A DNA stretch of 64,000 bases. Origin: Octopus sinensis. Lineage: Eukaryota. The notes below the pieces were generated by a model. The model did not search any database and was not told the DNA's origin. It saw only the letters and a program-made list of their open reading frames with translations. The DNA lies in contig NC_042997.1 in assembly GCF_006345805.1 (NCBI RefSeq), positions 79,670,001-79,734,000 on the forward strand, given 5' to 3'. The position numbers were made by a program, and so were the translations under genes. Within the stretch, counting starts at the first letter, position 1. Each line of letters opens with the position of its first letter. Positions 11,055-22,389 of this stretch are shown here, one piece after another.

Positions 11055-13184
11055 TGTAAGTGCGCGCGCCTGAGGGTGTGTGCTTATTTGTCTGTTTCCG
11101 CTTTTATTAGTAAGTAAATTCCTTCAAAACGTTGCCGTTAATGAATAACGGTGTCCTCAACGAATGGCTGGTGGTAACTGTATGATATATTTGGCTAGAC
11201 AGTGGTTTGTCTTTGACTTTTTCTTGGTATTAAACTGACAATTACTTTTTGTAATATCTTTGTTTCTATCGTTTTAAATAGTGTATATAGATACACTTGT
11301 AAAATATCAAAATGTATCTGGCAGTACTTAACCTTCATAGTGTCAGTACAGAAAATAGCTTGGAAATAGGAATGTAGTTATCAAGAATTTGTTGCAAATA
11401 TTTCGCGATAACGATACTATGAGCTACTTGAATTTGAACCCCATACAGTAAAAATAAATTTTCAGGAATCTTAGTTATTATTTGAACGCTAGGGTAAGCA
11501 AGTATCGAACATAACGCAAGAAATAATTTGAGGCACTAGGTGAACTATGGTAGAAATGGTGAAGTGCCGAATAAAGTGTCGTGTTTATACTCAGATATCA
11601 AATCATTTCGAGGTTGACTTTCGTGATCTAATTTACGCAGTGTATTGTTTTTAAGTTTGTTTGAGCTTAAATCCGTTTTTCACAGCTCTCTCTTTGAATA
11701 AAACTGCCAGTCTATTCCCTGAGATTTGATTCCAATATTTCGGTGTGTCAAATGATTCATCTGTTATACGATAGATTTACTGCTTACACGGATGAACTAC
11801 TCTTCTTTACAGAACATGTTTGAGGAATTAGAATTTTGAATTACGTGTTTTTCTACGAAGACCTTGTAGTACAGAAGTCAAGACACGAATCACCATCATC
11901 TTCACTCACTGAGCCTTCCAGCATATAAAATATATATAAAACGAACCAAACATCCCAATTTTTAAAAAAATCTCATTACGTTAAAGGTAGATTTTTACCT
12001 TTTAGTACAGAGTTTTTACTACAATTGGATTAATGGTATTTATTCCTACAAATCACAGACACTTATCAATCTTAAATAGATGAAAGTCAAATTTGATCTC
12101 AACAAGCTTTTAATTCGACAATATGGGTCAAAACAAGACGCTATATAGCCTCCACATCAGCATTCTATTTACTGTCTGAACATTATCGGCGCTCTACATT
12201 AAGTACATTAAGTACATATTCATGACTTAAAAGTGTGTGATGTAAAGAAAACAAAAGGCTTCTATTCAGTAGCGTTCATGATTCAATTTCATTTCCCAAA
12301 TGAAAGTAATTCACTTTATTTCTGTCGTTGATGCGCCTGGAAAAAGAATAAACGTTACATCATCCTATTTGTCTCTCCAAAATATATGGCTTTGTGTACA
12401 GATAAAATTCAAGGAAGAACGTACCGATCGTGTCTTTATTTAAAGAATTTATGATGTGTTTGTTACTAAAAGGAAACGGATTCAGTCGAGAATCGAATCC
12501 AAAACACTGCATCGATTCGCAAGATTTTTGCGGTGCAGATTTCCATAAATTTAGTGCTAAGCCTTTTCACATAGTTTTCTATTCTAACATTATATACTAA
12601 GTGAAATACGCTGTTTCCTGTTATCCCACTACGCGTTAATAATGTATGTGAAGTTAAGTTGTTCTAAAAATGTAGCGCTGACTGGGCTCGTCTACAACAT
12701 TAAGCATATATCTGTATCAAAATGTAAAGCTTATTTATGCTTTGGCATAAATTCATGCATTTTATTTAATGTGGAAAATTATGAATATATGTTGTTCATG
12801 CCATTCTAAAGAATATTGAGGAGGTGTAAATAATGTGATGCAAACAAAGAATCGAAATCGAGTCACAATCCTCATTTGTCAAGTTTACCTTTTGCTCTCC
12901 ACGTTTGGAAAATATATTGGCACTATTTTTTTTTTTTTTAGCAATACACATTTATATTCATTGTCATAATCTTCAAATTAATTCTTGTTGGTGTTTCGTA
13001 AATGAAAAGACAATCATATTTTCACTTTCGATTATAACTGATAAAATTTGAAAATAAAACGGTTCATACCAACCTTAATGGCTCTTGACAGTTGGATTTG
13101 ATGGTTGCATCTGCTCTCTTGATATTAATAACTAAAATTTCCTCCTTGAATGAATCAATTTAGGTGATAAAAATTCATGTTTTA

Positions 13185-13310
13185 ATGACTTTATGATAAA
13201 TTACTCTCAAACGTTATTTTATAACTCCACATTAGATTTCATTACAATTAACATATGCAATTGGAGTGGTAATAAAAGTCCTAGACAACGATCCCAAAAA
13301 ATTATATGTA

Positions 13311-13352
<42 letters not shown>

Positions 13353-13592
13353 TATATATATATAATCTTTCACTTAAATTACATTTATAAAATTATTTGT
13401 ATTTGTTCCATTTATCAGATTCTTTCTATTTTAAATAAACGGAAAAATTTGGAGTTTATTCTTTCCCAACGATGACTTTAAGATAAATTACTCTCAAACA
13501 TTATTTTATAACTCCACATTAGATACCATTACAATTAACATATGCAACTGGACTGGTAATAAAAGTTCTAGCCAACGATCCCCAAAAATTAT
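13185..13592 (+). repeat. Local direct duplication (about 120-bp unit plus (TA)n, period 287 bp)
   Basis: atgacttta.gataaattactctcaaac.ttattttataactccacattagat...caacgatcccaaaaa at 13185-13305 and 13472-13592. Confidence 0.9.
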
Positions 13593-13597
13593 ATATA

Positions 13598-13650
<53 letters not shown>

Positions 13651-13652
<2 letters not shown>

Positions 13653-13873
13653 CCCAGATGATGCAGCCTTGATTTCTGAAGTCACGTCGTGGTTGGAGGA
13701 CCAAGCTGGGGTCTTCTACAAAAACGGTCTCCAGTGCTGCATCAAACGATGGAAGAAATGCGTAACTCTGGGTGGTTCCTATGTAAAAAAAAAAGACTAA
13801 TAACTGTGCCAAGTTTCGTTGCTCCACTGCTATGGGAAGTGGGTCAGGGGCATTACTTATTGAACGTCCCTCG
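13651..13873 (+). mobile_element. Mariner 3' end with TIR (same family as 17256-18544)
   Basis: FPDDAALISEVTSWLEDQAGVFYKNGLQCCIKRWKKCVTLGGSYV; TIR cattacttattgaacgtccctcg followed by TA. Confidence 0.92.
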
Positions 13874-13879
13874 TATCAG

Positions 13880-14160
13880 ACAGCTCAGTTATTTGCCTGC
13901 TAACAGTACTGTTTCAGAGAGACATGCTTCAGCTTCTGAAGTTCAGAACTCCCTAGCACATTCGATATAATATCTTTGCGGTAAGGCAATATCAACTCCT
14001 GGCCGATATTGACGGGCTTTTTTGGCATTAACTGTTTTTCCTGAAACCTCGTCGGATACTTTCGAAACAGCCGTAATATTCAGCGATAACATTCCCGTCT
14101 CATCAAGTCTGGATTTCGTCAATCTGTTGGCTTCACATCTGAAGAAGTCAACATCTCTAT
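13880..14160 (-). mobile_element. hAT (Charlie/Buster-type) transposase fragment
   Basis: RDVDFFRCEANRLTKSRLDETG...AKKPVNIGQELILPYRKDIISNVLGSSELQKLKHVSL.NSTV.RQITELS, resembling the AKAKKPHTIGE.LILP...LSNNTVSRRI motif. Confidence 0.8.
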
Positions 14161-14162
14161 TT

Positions 14163-14290
14163 ATTGAGACCTTTTCAACTGTAAGTATAGAAAAAAAATT
14201 AATTTTTTTCCATACTTACAGTTGAAAAGGTCTCAATGGCCGAAACCGGTACTGAAATGTTTTTATAAAATTATTTTTGCATTTTCTACC
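14163..14290 (+). mobile_element. Penelope-like terminal-repeat fragment with a 75-bp hairpin and degenerate hammerhead
   Basis: Near-perfect palindrome 14163-14237 centred on TTAA; overlaps cag-TTGAAAA-ggtc-tcaat-ggcc-GAAA-CCGGTA-ctg. Confidence 0.65.
14219..14254 (+). ncRNA. Degenerate minimal type I hammerhead ribozyme motif
   Basis: Stem I cag/ctg, core TTGAAAA (two transitions from CTGAAGA), stem II ggtc/ggcc, GAAA, palindromic stem III ACCGGT, GUA triplet. Confidence 0.55.
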
Positions 14291-14334
14291 TTGACTTTTT
14301 TCCATATATATGTGTGTTTGTGTGTGTGTATATA

Positions 14335-14370
<36 letters not shown>

Positions 14371-15540
14371 TGTATGTATGTATGTATGTATGTATGTATG
14401 TATGTATGCATGTATGTATATCGTGGTTATAGTTTTTCAAATTAACTATACTTTGATCTTAGCTAAAACGCCGAGAAACTGCCTTTCACCTAAGAAAGTT
14501 GAATTTTTAAATTGTCAAAATTTATCCGAGCTTCCGTATGGGCAAAATCCTGTGACCTGAGGTTGTCATAACACAGGGTAACCTACGCGTGTGTGTGTGT
14601 GTGTGTGTACATGCGTACACAAACACACACATGTGGTCCTGCCAACGGTTACAGCTGTTACGCGAGCGGGCTATATATACTTAATGTTTCTTTACATCCC
14701 CCTATCAATTGCTTGTGATGATTATCCTTCTGATTAAACTATAGTTATGTGTATGAGTACGCACGCGTTAATGTGTGTGTCATGCACGAGAGATTGCATC
14801 TATGAAAGTGTGTGAGAGTTTAAGCATGTGTGTGTGTCCCTCGACTGCGTTACTTCAGGTGTCTTTAGTCGCCCCCTACCACTACATATCAATTTCAATG
14901 TTCCTTTTGAGCATACTGTTTTTAAAGAATGTCTCTAATTTGAAATGTGCTTGCTTATGTATGACTGTTTGTACATGTATGTGTGTGTTTGTGTGTGCTT
15001 TTTTATGTTCTGATGAGTTCTTTGTAAATATTTGCCTGGATAGATTCATTACTGTAACAATATATAACCAATTTTATTATAAATATTTAACAACTCTTAT
15101 TAACTACAACGTACTACTCGCGATATGGAATACAGACAAATAGCAGAGTTTTTTTTCTTCTTAACACAGTCATTCAATAAGCTACGTCTGGAATTCTTAA
15201 TCATAATTAAGCGCAATCATATGCGAGCCAGTTGGGCAGTCTCCATGCATTTACTTCATCAGCAGTAAATGACAGTCAAATAACTCTTACAACACACCCT
15301 ACAACCTTAAAGAGAATTTTGTATTATTAGATTTTGAATAATGTAAATAAATTCATTCGTAGCGCTCTATTCAGCATTTTTAAAAACGTAAAATATAATT
15401 TTATATAAACATACAATTTTAGCTTTAGAAAAGTGAAGAAAGTCGTTGAAGTACAGGTTTTCATCTCTCTGTGAACATAGGAAGTTCAATGTGACTAGTA
15501 TCAAGTCTTCTTAGACATTCATTAGAGAAACAATACCCAT

Positions 15541-15600
15541 CGTCGGTCCATGGAATTAGTTGATTTATAGATATAAATCAACTAATTCCATGGACCGACG
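15541..15600. repeat. Perfect inverted repeat, 29-bp arms, 2-nt loop
   Basis: cgtcggtccatggaattagttgatttata-ga-tataaatcaactaattccatggaccgacg. Confidence 0.97.
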
Positions 15601-16407
15601 GACTCAGATTAACTGGTCAGTCTGATATACATAACAGCATTCACCAACATCGTGGATTAAATCAAATTATTAATTTACAGTGAATTGCAAAGCATTTTTT
15701 GAGTGAGAGGGATCGAAATGTGAAGTGTATATTTCATCTATTTCAATAATTATACTATTTCAACCCCGCTGTAAAAAAGTAAACTGTTTTCTATATGAGT
15801 TCAAACTTCACTTCTGTTCTTTGCTATTTGCTCTAACATTAAAAGTATTTTCCAGCTTCCTTTCAACATTTTATGCACACTGCCATCAGGTCCATATATT
15901 CTACACGGCGCACTAGACAACGATATCGGTGAGTTCTGGTGTCTCTTTTCTTCCTCCTACAATCCCCACTCCATAATCTTAACAGACAGAGCTACAACTT
16001 TCTTACTCAGCCTGAAGCAAGAAAGCACTGCCTAGTCGGCAGTCCCTCATCACATCTCCACATATAATACTACATGCCGTTGCCACTTATCCAAGGACTT
16101 ACCCCTCTCTGAAGCTCGAAACTGGGAAATGGCCTCAACTTGATCCTACTTACATTCATGGTAGATAAATTCTGGAGAGGCGCAGTTCTTTCATCGGATT
16201 CAGGCGAGAGCATCCATCTACAATATGGAACATGAACATCAGCCCCTGAGAAAGATACGAAGCTCAAGTGGTATAAGCCTAATAGTGGAATAGCCTTGGG
16301 TCAATTATGTTATACTCCTGATCTCTTTCAATTAAGATTTTCCTACATACATATGATCCTGCGTAATGTCATTTGCGTATGTATGTATCCAATTACGTGT
16401 GTGTGTA

Positions 16408-16473
<66 letters not shown>

Positions 16474-17255
16474 GGATGCTGCTTTTGAATGTATGATCGA
16501 TATTTTTCTCCAATGTTCAGTTATTCCTACTTCAAAATTTTCTTTCAGTGCCTTACCTTCCAAGCGCTAACTTCCTCTTTGCTTTCCGTTCCCAATATCA
16601 ACTATTTTCTTTTTCCTCTCCTCACTCAACACTTACCTTAGTCTTTTTTTAAAGCTGCCATACTCTACATCACCCCTCTTCCACTTTTAATTTAACCCAC
16701 CTTCATTCAACGTATACACCACTCACACTCTGGCATTTTCCCTTGCTCCCCACATTTACACTCTATCGATTAAAAGTTTTTCACTAATATTTTTTTATTT
16801 AAATATTTTATTAGCCTTCTGGATACACGCGTTCTTTGTTTCCTCACTCCCTCTACATATCATTTTGATAATGATATTGATATGTGAATCTAACTTTCTA
16901 GAGTGAGACGCCATTTAAATTATTATTCAATATCTAATTTAGAAGAAATACTTCAGATCTCATCAATGATATCAAAATTTAAAAATTTAAAAAAAAAACA
17001 GTCTCTTGTTTAGTATAGTTCAAGCATGCTACTCGAAATATGATCATGATTCCACTTTAAAAGTAATTTAACTTCACTTAGATAATGCTCTAAAAAACAA
17101 AGGCATTAACGTTATAGCATCTCAGTTCCTCTCTCCTCATTGAGATTGTTTCCTAGTAAAAACAGTTTTGTTTAAACATTTCATAACATTACGTAAAATA
17201 GAATAAATTCGATTGCATTTTATTCGCTTAACAGGTCTTGAAAATGAAAATAATA

Positions 17256-18544
17256 CAGGGGCGTTCAATAAGTAATGCCCCTGACCCACTTCCCATAGCA
17301 GTAGAGCAACGAAACTTGACACAGTTATTAGTCTTTTTCTACATAGGAACCACCCAGAGTTACGCATTTCTCCCATCGTTTGATGCGGCTCTGGAGACCG
17401 TTTTTGTAGAAGAACCCAGCTTGGTCCTCCAACCTCAACGTGACTTCAGAAATCAAGGCTGCATCATCTGGGAAACGCTTTCCTTTCAAAAACAACTTCA
17501 TGATTGGGAAGAGGTGAAAATCAGAGGGTGCAAGGTCAGGAAAGTAGGGGGGATGGGGAGGAGTTCATAGGCATACGCCTGTGCTTCTAATCTGGCGACA
17601 AGCGAGTTGTGGACCGGAGCGTTGTCCTGCAGGAGGAGGATGCCTTTGCTGATCTTGCCCCGCCTCTTGATTTTGATAACTTCTCTTAATTTCCTCAAAA
17701 GTGAAGCATAATAGGCTCCTGCAATTGTGGTACCCTTTGCCAGGAAATCTGTCATCACTACTCCGTCCTGGTCCCAGAAGACTGTCAGCATGACCTTGCC
17801 AGCGGAGGGCTGCATCCTTGCCTTCTTTGGAGGGGGTGAGTCACGGTGCTTCCACTGCATTGACTGGGCTTTGGTCTCTGGATCATCGTGATGGACCCAG
17901 GTTTCATCCTGTGTAATCAGTCTTTTGAAAAATTTTGACTCATCTTCTTGGCACATCTCCAAATTCACCCTCGAGCACTCGACGCGTTCTTGCTTCTGGA
18001 AAGGCGTGAGCAACCTGGGAATCCATCTGGCAGACACCTTTTGCATATGCAAATGGTCATGAATGATAGTTTCCACAGACCCGGTACTAATCTTGACCTC
18101 ATGGGCTATTTGGCGAATAATTATGCGTCGATCTTCCAAAATGGCAGCCTCAACTTGACGGACAGATGCCTCATCAATGGCAGAAGGGGCGACCAGATCT
18201 GGGAGCTGTTTCCACAGAGTTCCGACCATGTTTGAATTCACGATGCCAGCGTTTTACAAGGTCATATGATGGGGCATCATCACCATAAGTTACTTTCATT
18301 TCATCAAAAGTCTCCCGTGGTGTGCATCCTTTCAAATACAAAAACCGGATCACTGCTCGACATTTAACAGGCTCCATTTCACACTTGACTCGGTTCAAAC
18401 ACCTGTAAATCAGAAACCACAATTAATTCAGAGCTGTAATTTGCCACTTACTCTATAGAGATATAAATAATTGCACATGCAAAATTTCAGCTAGATCAAA
18501 CAACTGCAAGTGGGTCAGAGGCATTACTTATTGAACGTCCCTCG
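17256..18544 (-). mobile_element. Full-length mariner element (irritans/Himar1-Hsmar2-like), 1289 bp
   Basis: TA dinucleotides at 17254-55 and 18545-46; about 38-bp TIRs (..cgttcaataagtaatgcc(c/t)ctgacccactt); transposase gene inside. Confidence 0.95.
17328..18377 (-). pseudogene. Mariner DD34D transposase with two frameshifts
   Basis: MEPVKCRAVIRFL..APSYDLVKRWHREFK..PRSGRP / KVSARWIPRLLT / LITQDETWVHH / KVMLTVFWDQDG / LLQDNAPVH / HPPY.PDLAPSDFHLFP / RWEKCVTLGGSYVEKD*; frameshifts near 18185 and 17560. Confidence 0.93.
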
Positions 18545-20233
18545 TAAGTACCCGAAGAATGTTTTCATTTAAGTAACTATATATAAGATAAGGCTGTTAT
18601 GCGAAAGATACTGTTTATTGTAACATCGAATAGAAATATATTCTCTACTGTATCAAGATGTTAATTTGAAATTAAAGTTTTTGACAGATTATTCATTTAT
18701 GCTATTATTTAATACAACAGTATTTCCATGATGAATAATTCTAGAAATAATTTGAAACTGTTAAACACTGAGAAATGGGTGGGTTCAAAATCTAATATAA
18801 TTTCTAGGAAATATTAACATCGATATATTCGGACACATGGGAAATATTTGTAGTGAAATAGTTAAGCTGATTTAAATCGATCCCAAAAGAATACAGATAG
18901 TTAATCTATTAGCAACTAGGTGATAAACAGCAAAGTCAACCATCATGCAATTTTAACTCTTCATTGTCAAATTAATGTAATTTTTGTCTGTCGGTGAAAT
19001 TTCTAATCCTGAAGAGAGTTTTATCAAATACAAAATAAAGATCTAATTTTAATCATTATGTTTAAGCGTTTCCAAGAGTATTGGTGGTGCATGTGAAATG
19101 GTTTAGCTTCAATAGTGAAACTAAATTGCTACCAAAGAATTGCTTCATCGAAAGCTTACCTTGAACTTGCACATTTAATTTTAATGTAAGCACAAAACGA
19201 TACTTTTTGGTGTGGAGCGTAATGTCAGGTATGAACCCTAGTTCATATTTTTTTCAATTCCATCTTCAGAGGGCTGGAAGACGAACTTGCAACTCATAGG
19301 AAATAGAACACAAAATGTAAAAAGAAATAATGTTCCAGGTCATTTTGCCCGAGCGCTCTACTGATTCTCTGATGCTCACCCATTTTTCATACGCATATTA
19401 CTTATGACCATATATCGAATTAGTGCCGACACGAATTAATAACTTGAACTACATATATATATTTGGCCATTAATTACAAGTGGATACATACTTATTCATG
19501 TTTTCTTTCTACTATGGAGACTTGAGAATCACTTGACAAGGAAAAGTGTTTTAAGAAGCAATGAATATTTTAAAAGAAAGCTTGTTAAATATACTGTAAT
19601 ACATGTGTGTGTGTGTACTAGATATTAGCTTTGGTAAAGAAACAGGTGCAACTGAAGAAAAAAGAACATGGGAGAGTTCTTTCATATCACAAGCGTTAAA
19701 ACGATGTCTAATTAAGAAAAAGATAAAACAGCAATGTAATTCAATGATAGCAAATGCTTGTTAAATGTAACAAGCATTTATAATGATAAACGCGCGCGCG
19801 GGGTACAAGCACAAATGCATATGCATCATCATTATTATCATCATTACAAATGCCATCAATTAACGGAGTGTTGAGTTACTGTAACATCAGACCAGTATTT
19901 ACCAGTCATTTTACTTTAGATCGTTCTTGAGAGTTATCAAAGTCCGATCATTCCTCCATTCTTAGGAGATCGATCATGGTGATATGAATCCAAATTTAGA
20001 TTAAATACTAAAATATATCAAGTGGAATAGTGAAGACTTGAAATAGACCTTCCTCTTACCTATAGTGAAGACAGTGACAACCTCCACTATCCAACTATCT
20101 ACGAAAGTAACAGACTGTTTGGTAACATCAAGACGTAGATTTTTAAAGAATTTATTTGGCGGAAAATCTGGGTTTTGCCCTTTGCTACTCAAAAAGTGAC
20201 AGTCCAACAGATAGCTAGAAAGACTAAATATTT

Positions 20234-20936
20234 GGATCGTTACCTTTTGACGTACAGATTTTAAAAATGATTTTTTTGTAACTAAACACTATCAAACTTC
20301 GGACACTGGTAGAATCTGTCATATAAAACATGTTTTACTCTTAGCATTTTTGAGAAAAACATATATTTACGAAGTTATTCCACATTAAAGTAGTAAAATT
20401 TCGGTAATTTCAACAAATCAATGACGTGTATTCAGCTGAATAAAATTACTGCCGTTGTTTGTCAACAAGAACTTCCGGCGGCGTATTTTTCGTTTGTCAC
20501 TGTTATTTATGACAACCCTAACCCTAAAACCCTAACCCTAAAACCTTAACCTTAACCCTAACCCTAAAACCCTAACCCTAAAACCCTAACCCTAACACTC
20601 TAACCCTAAAACCCTAACACTAAAACCTTAAAACTAAAACCAGTACAAACGCACGAACGATGTCATAAATAACAATGACAAACGAAAAATACACCGCCGA
20701 TGGTTGTTGACAAACAACGGCAGTAATTTTATTCAGCTGAATACACATCATTGATTGGTTGAAATTACCGAAATAGGACTACTTTAACGTGAAGTAACTT
20801 CGTATATATACATTTTTCTCGAAAATGCTAAGAGTAAAACATGTTTTATATGACACATTCTACCAGTGTCCGAAGTTTGAAAGTGTTTAGTTACAAAAAT
20901 TATTTTAAAAATCTGTAGGTCAAAAGGTAAAGATCC
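20234..20936. mobile_element. Foldback/MITE-like element with about 280-bp TIRs and a telomere-type repeat core
   Basis: Left arm 20234-20514 is the reverse complement of right arm 20661-20936; flanked on both sides by aaatattt (20226-20233, 20937-20944). Confidence 0.9.
20514..20640 (+). repeat. Interstitial telomere-like array (CCCTAA and CCCTAAAA units)
   Basis: aaccctaaccctaaaaccctaaccctaaaacc...; TTAGGG and TTTTAGGG on minus. Confidence 0.92.
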
Positions 20937-22012
20937 AAATATTTTAACTCTCTTTTGTCGTTGCAAGAATAATCGATTGTGGACTTATTCAAATTTTTGA
21001 CTGAACTGTATGTATTCAGTTTGATTCATGCTGAGTGACCTGATATTCCTGAATAAACTTTTAACTAAACGGGCATATCGGTATAATATGCTTCATTTTC
21101 TCATAATTTTTATTTAGTCTAGTACTGACTGTCTACACAGCTACTGCCAAAGGTGAAACGATTTTTTTTTTTGTATTCAAATTTCACAAGAAATAATTTA
21201 ACCTTTCGTTCTTCCGAAGTCAATAAAATAAGCACAAATAAAATTCTACAATAGAGTTATTAAAACAGTCCGTATGTCTAGCTAAAGTGAAAACGGAGAT
21301 CAATATTTCATTATCTCTTGAATGGATTACTTTCGAGTATTATCTAATGCTGTTTTTGAACAATGTTCAGTTCCTTTATAAAGCATTAAAAGTTGTAATG
21401 CAAAAATTAGCGATATGCAAATTGGTTATGTGTATATGATGTCCAATACTTTGTTTATCTGTATCATTCTTGATGCATTATAATTCTTCTGATGCTAATC
21501 TTTTGATTTTTGTACAAGACTAATTGCTCAAAGTCGAGACAGCTAAATCTTCTGCAGTGTTGTTACTCATACATTTTCAAATCCAGTTAAAAAGTAACTT
21601 GGCACTGAGAAGTAACGAAACTAAATAATCTATAATATATAATCAAACTATAATTTTAGCTACTACCCGCTTCTCAAAACATCAGTATTAATTTCACTTT
21701 TCATCGACATCGTGGCTAAATCTCCTGTTGTATTTAGAGGAGGACAATCGATTCAGTCATTTGTTTATCTTATTGATTCCAGGTGATCGAAAAACTCTGG
21801 TGATATTTAAATTTAGCACATCAAGTTTTCAAATCAATCAAGTTTGAGGAACAAATTCATTATTTAATTGATTATTTAGGAATAGGTTACATACATATTA
21901 CTTGGAAGGCATAATATAGCTTCTAACATGCAGAATAGAATTATATACTAAAATTGCATTTTGCTCAGCGCTTTCATTTTTTATCTAATGTTCAATGCAA
22001 TTTCTTTTTTAA

Positions 22013-22365
22013 TTGTTTCAGTCATTTGACTGCGGCCATGCTGGGGCATCACCTTGAAGATAATTAATCGAACAAATCGACCCCAGGGCTTCATTTTTTA
22101 TTATATCGATAACTTAAGCGAACCGCTAAGTTACGGAAGCGTATACACACCAGCACCGGTTGACAAGCGGTGGTGGAGGACAAACACACACATACACACA
22201 CATACGACGGGCTTCTTTCAGCTTCCGCCTACCAAATCCACTCACAAGGCTTTGGGTGGTCCGAGGCGATAGTAGAGACATCTGCCCAAGATGCTACACA
22301 GTGGAACTGAACCCGGAACTATGTGGTTAAGAAACAAACTTCTTCCCACACAACCAGATCTGCGT
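22013..22365 (-). mobile_element. SINE family A, near full length
   Basis: Reverse complement of the family A head, body and tail. Confidence 0.88.
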
Positions 22366-22389
22366 CTATAGTAGATTTTTTTTATGGTG

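Noticed and set aside
20514-20640. True telomere or chromosome-healing site
   Set aside because: Short, internal and symmetrically enclosed by the TIRs of a discrete element.
22253-22261. Perfect Gli consensus TGGGTGGTC
   Set aside because: An isolated match created by mutation within a SINE copy, with no clustering.
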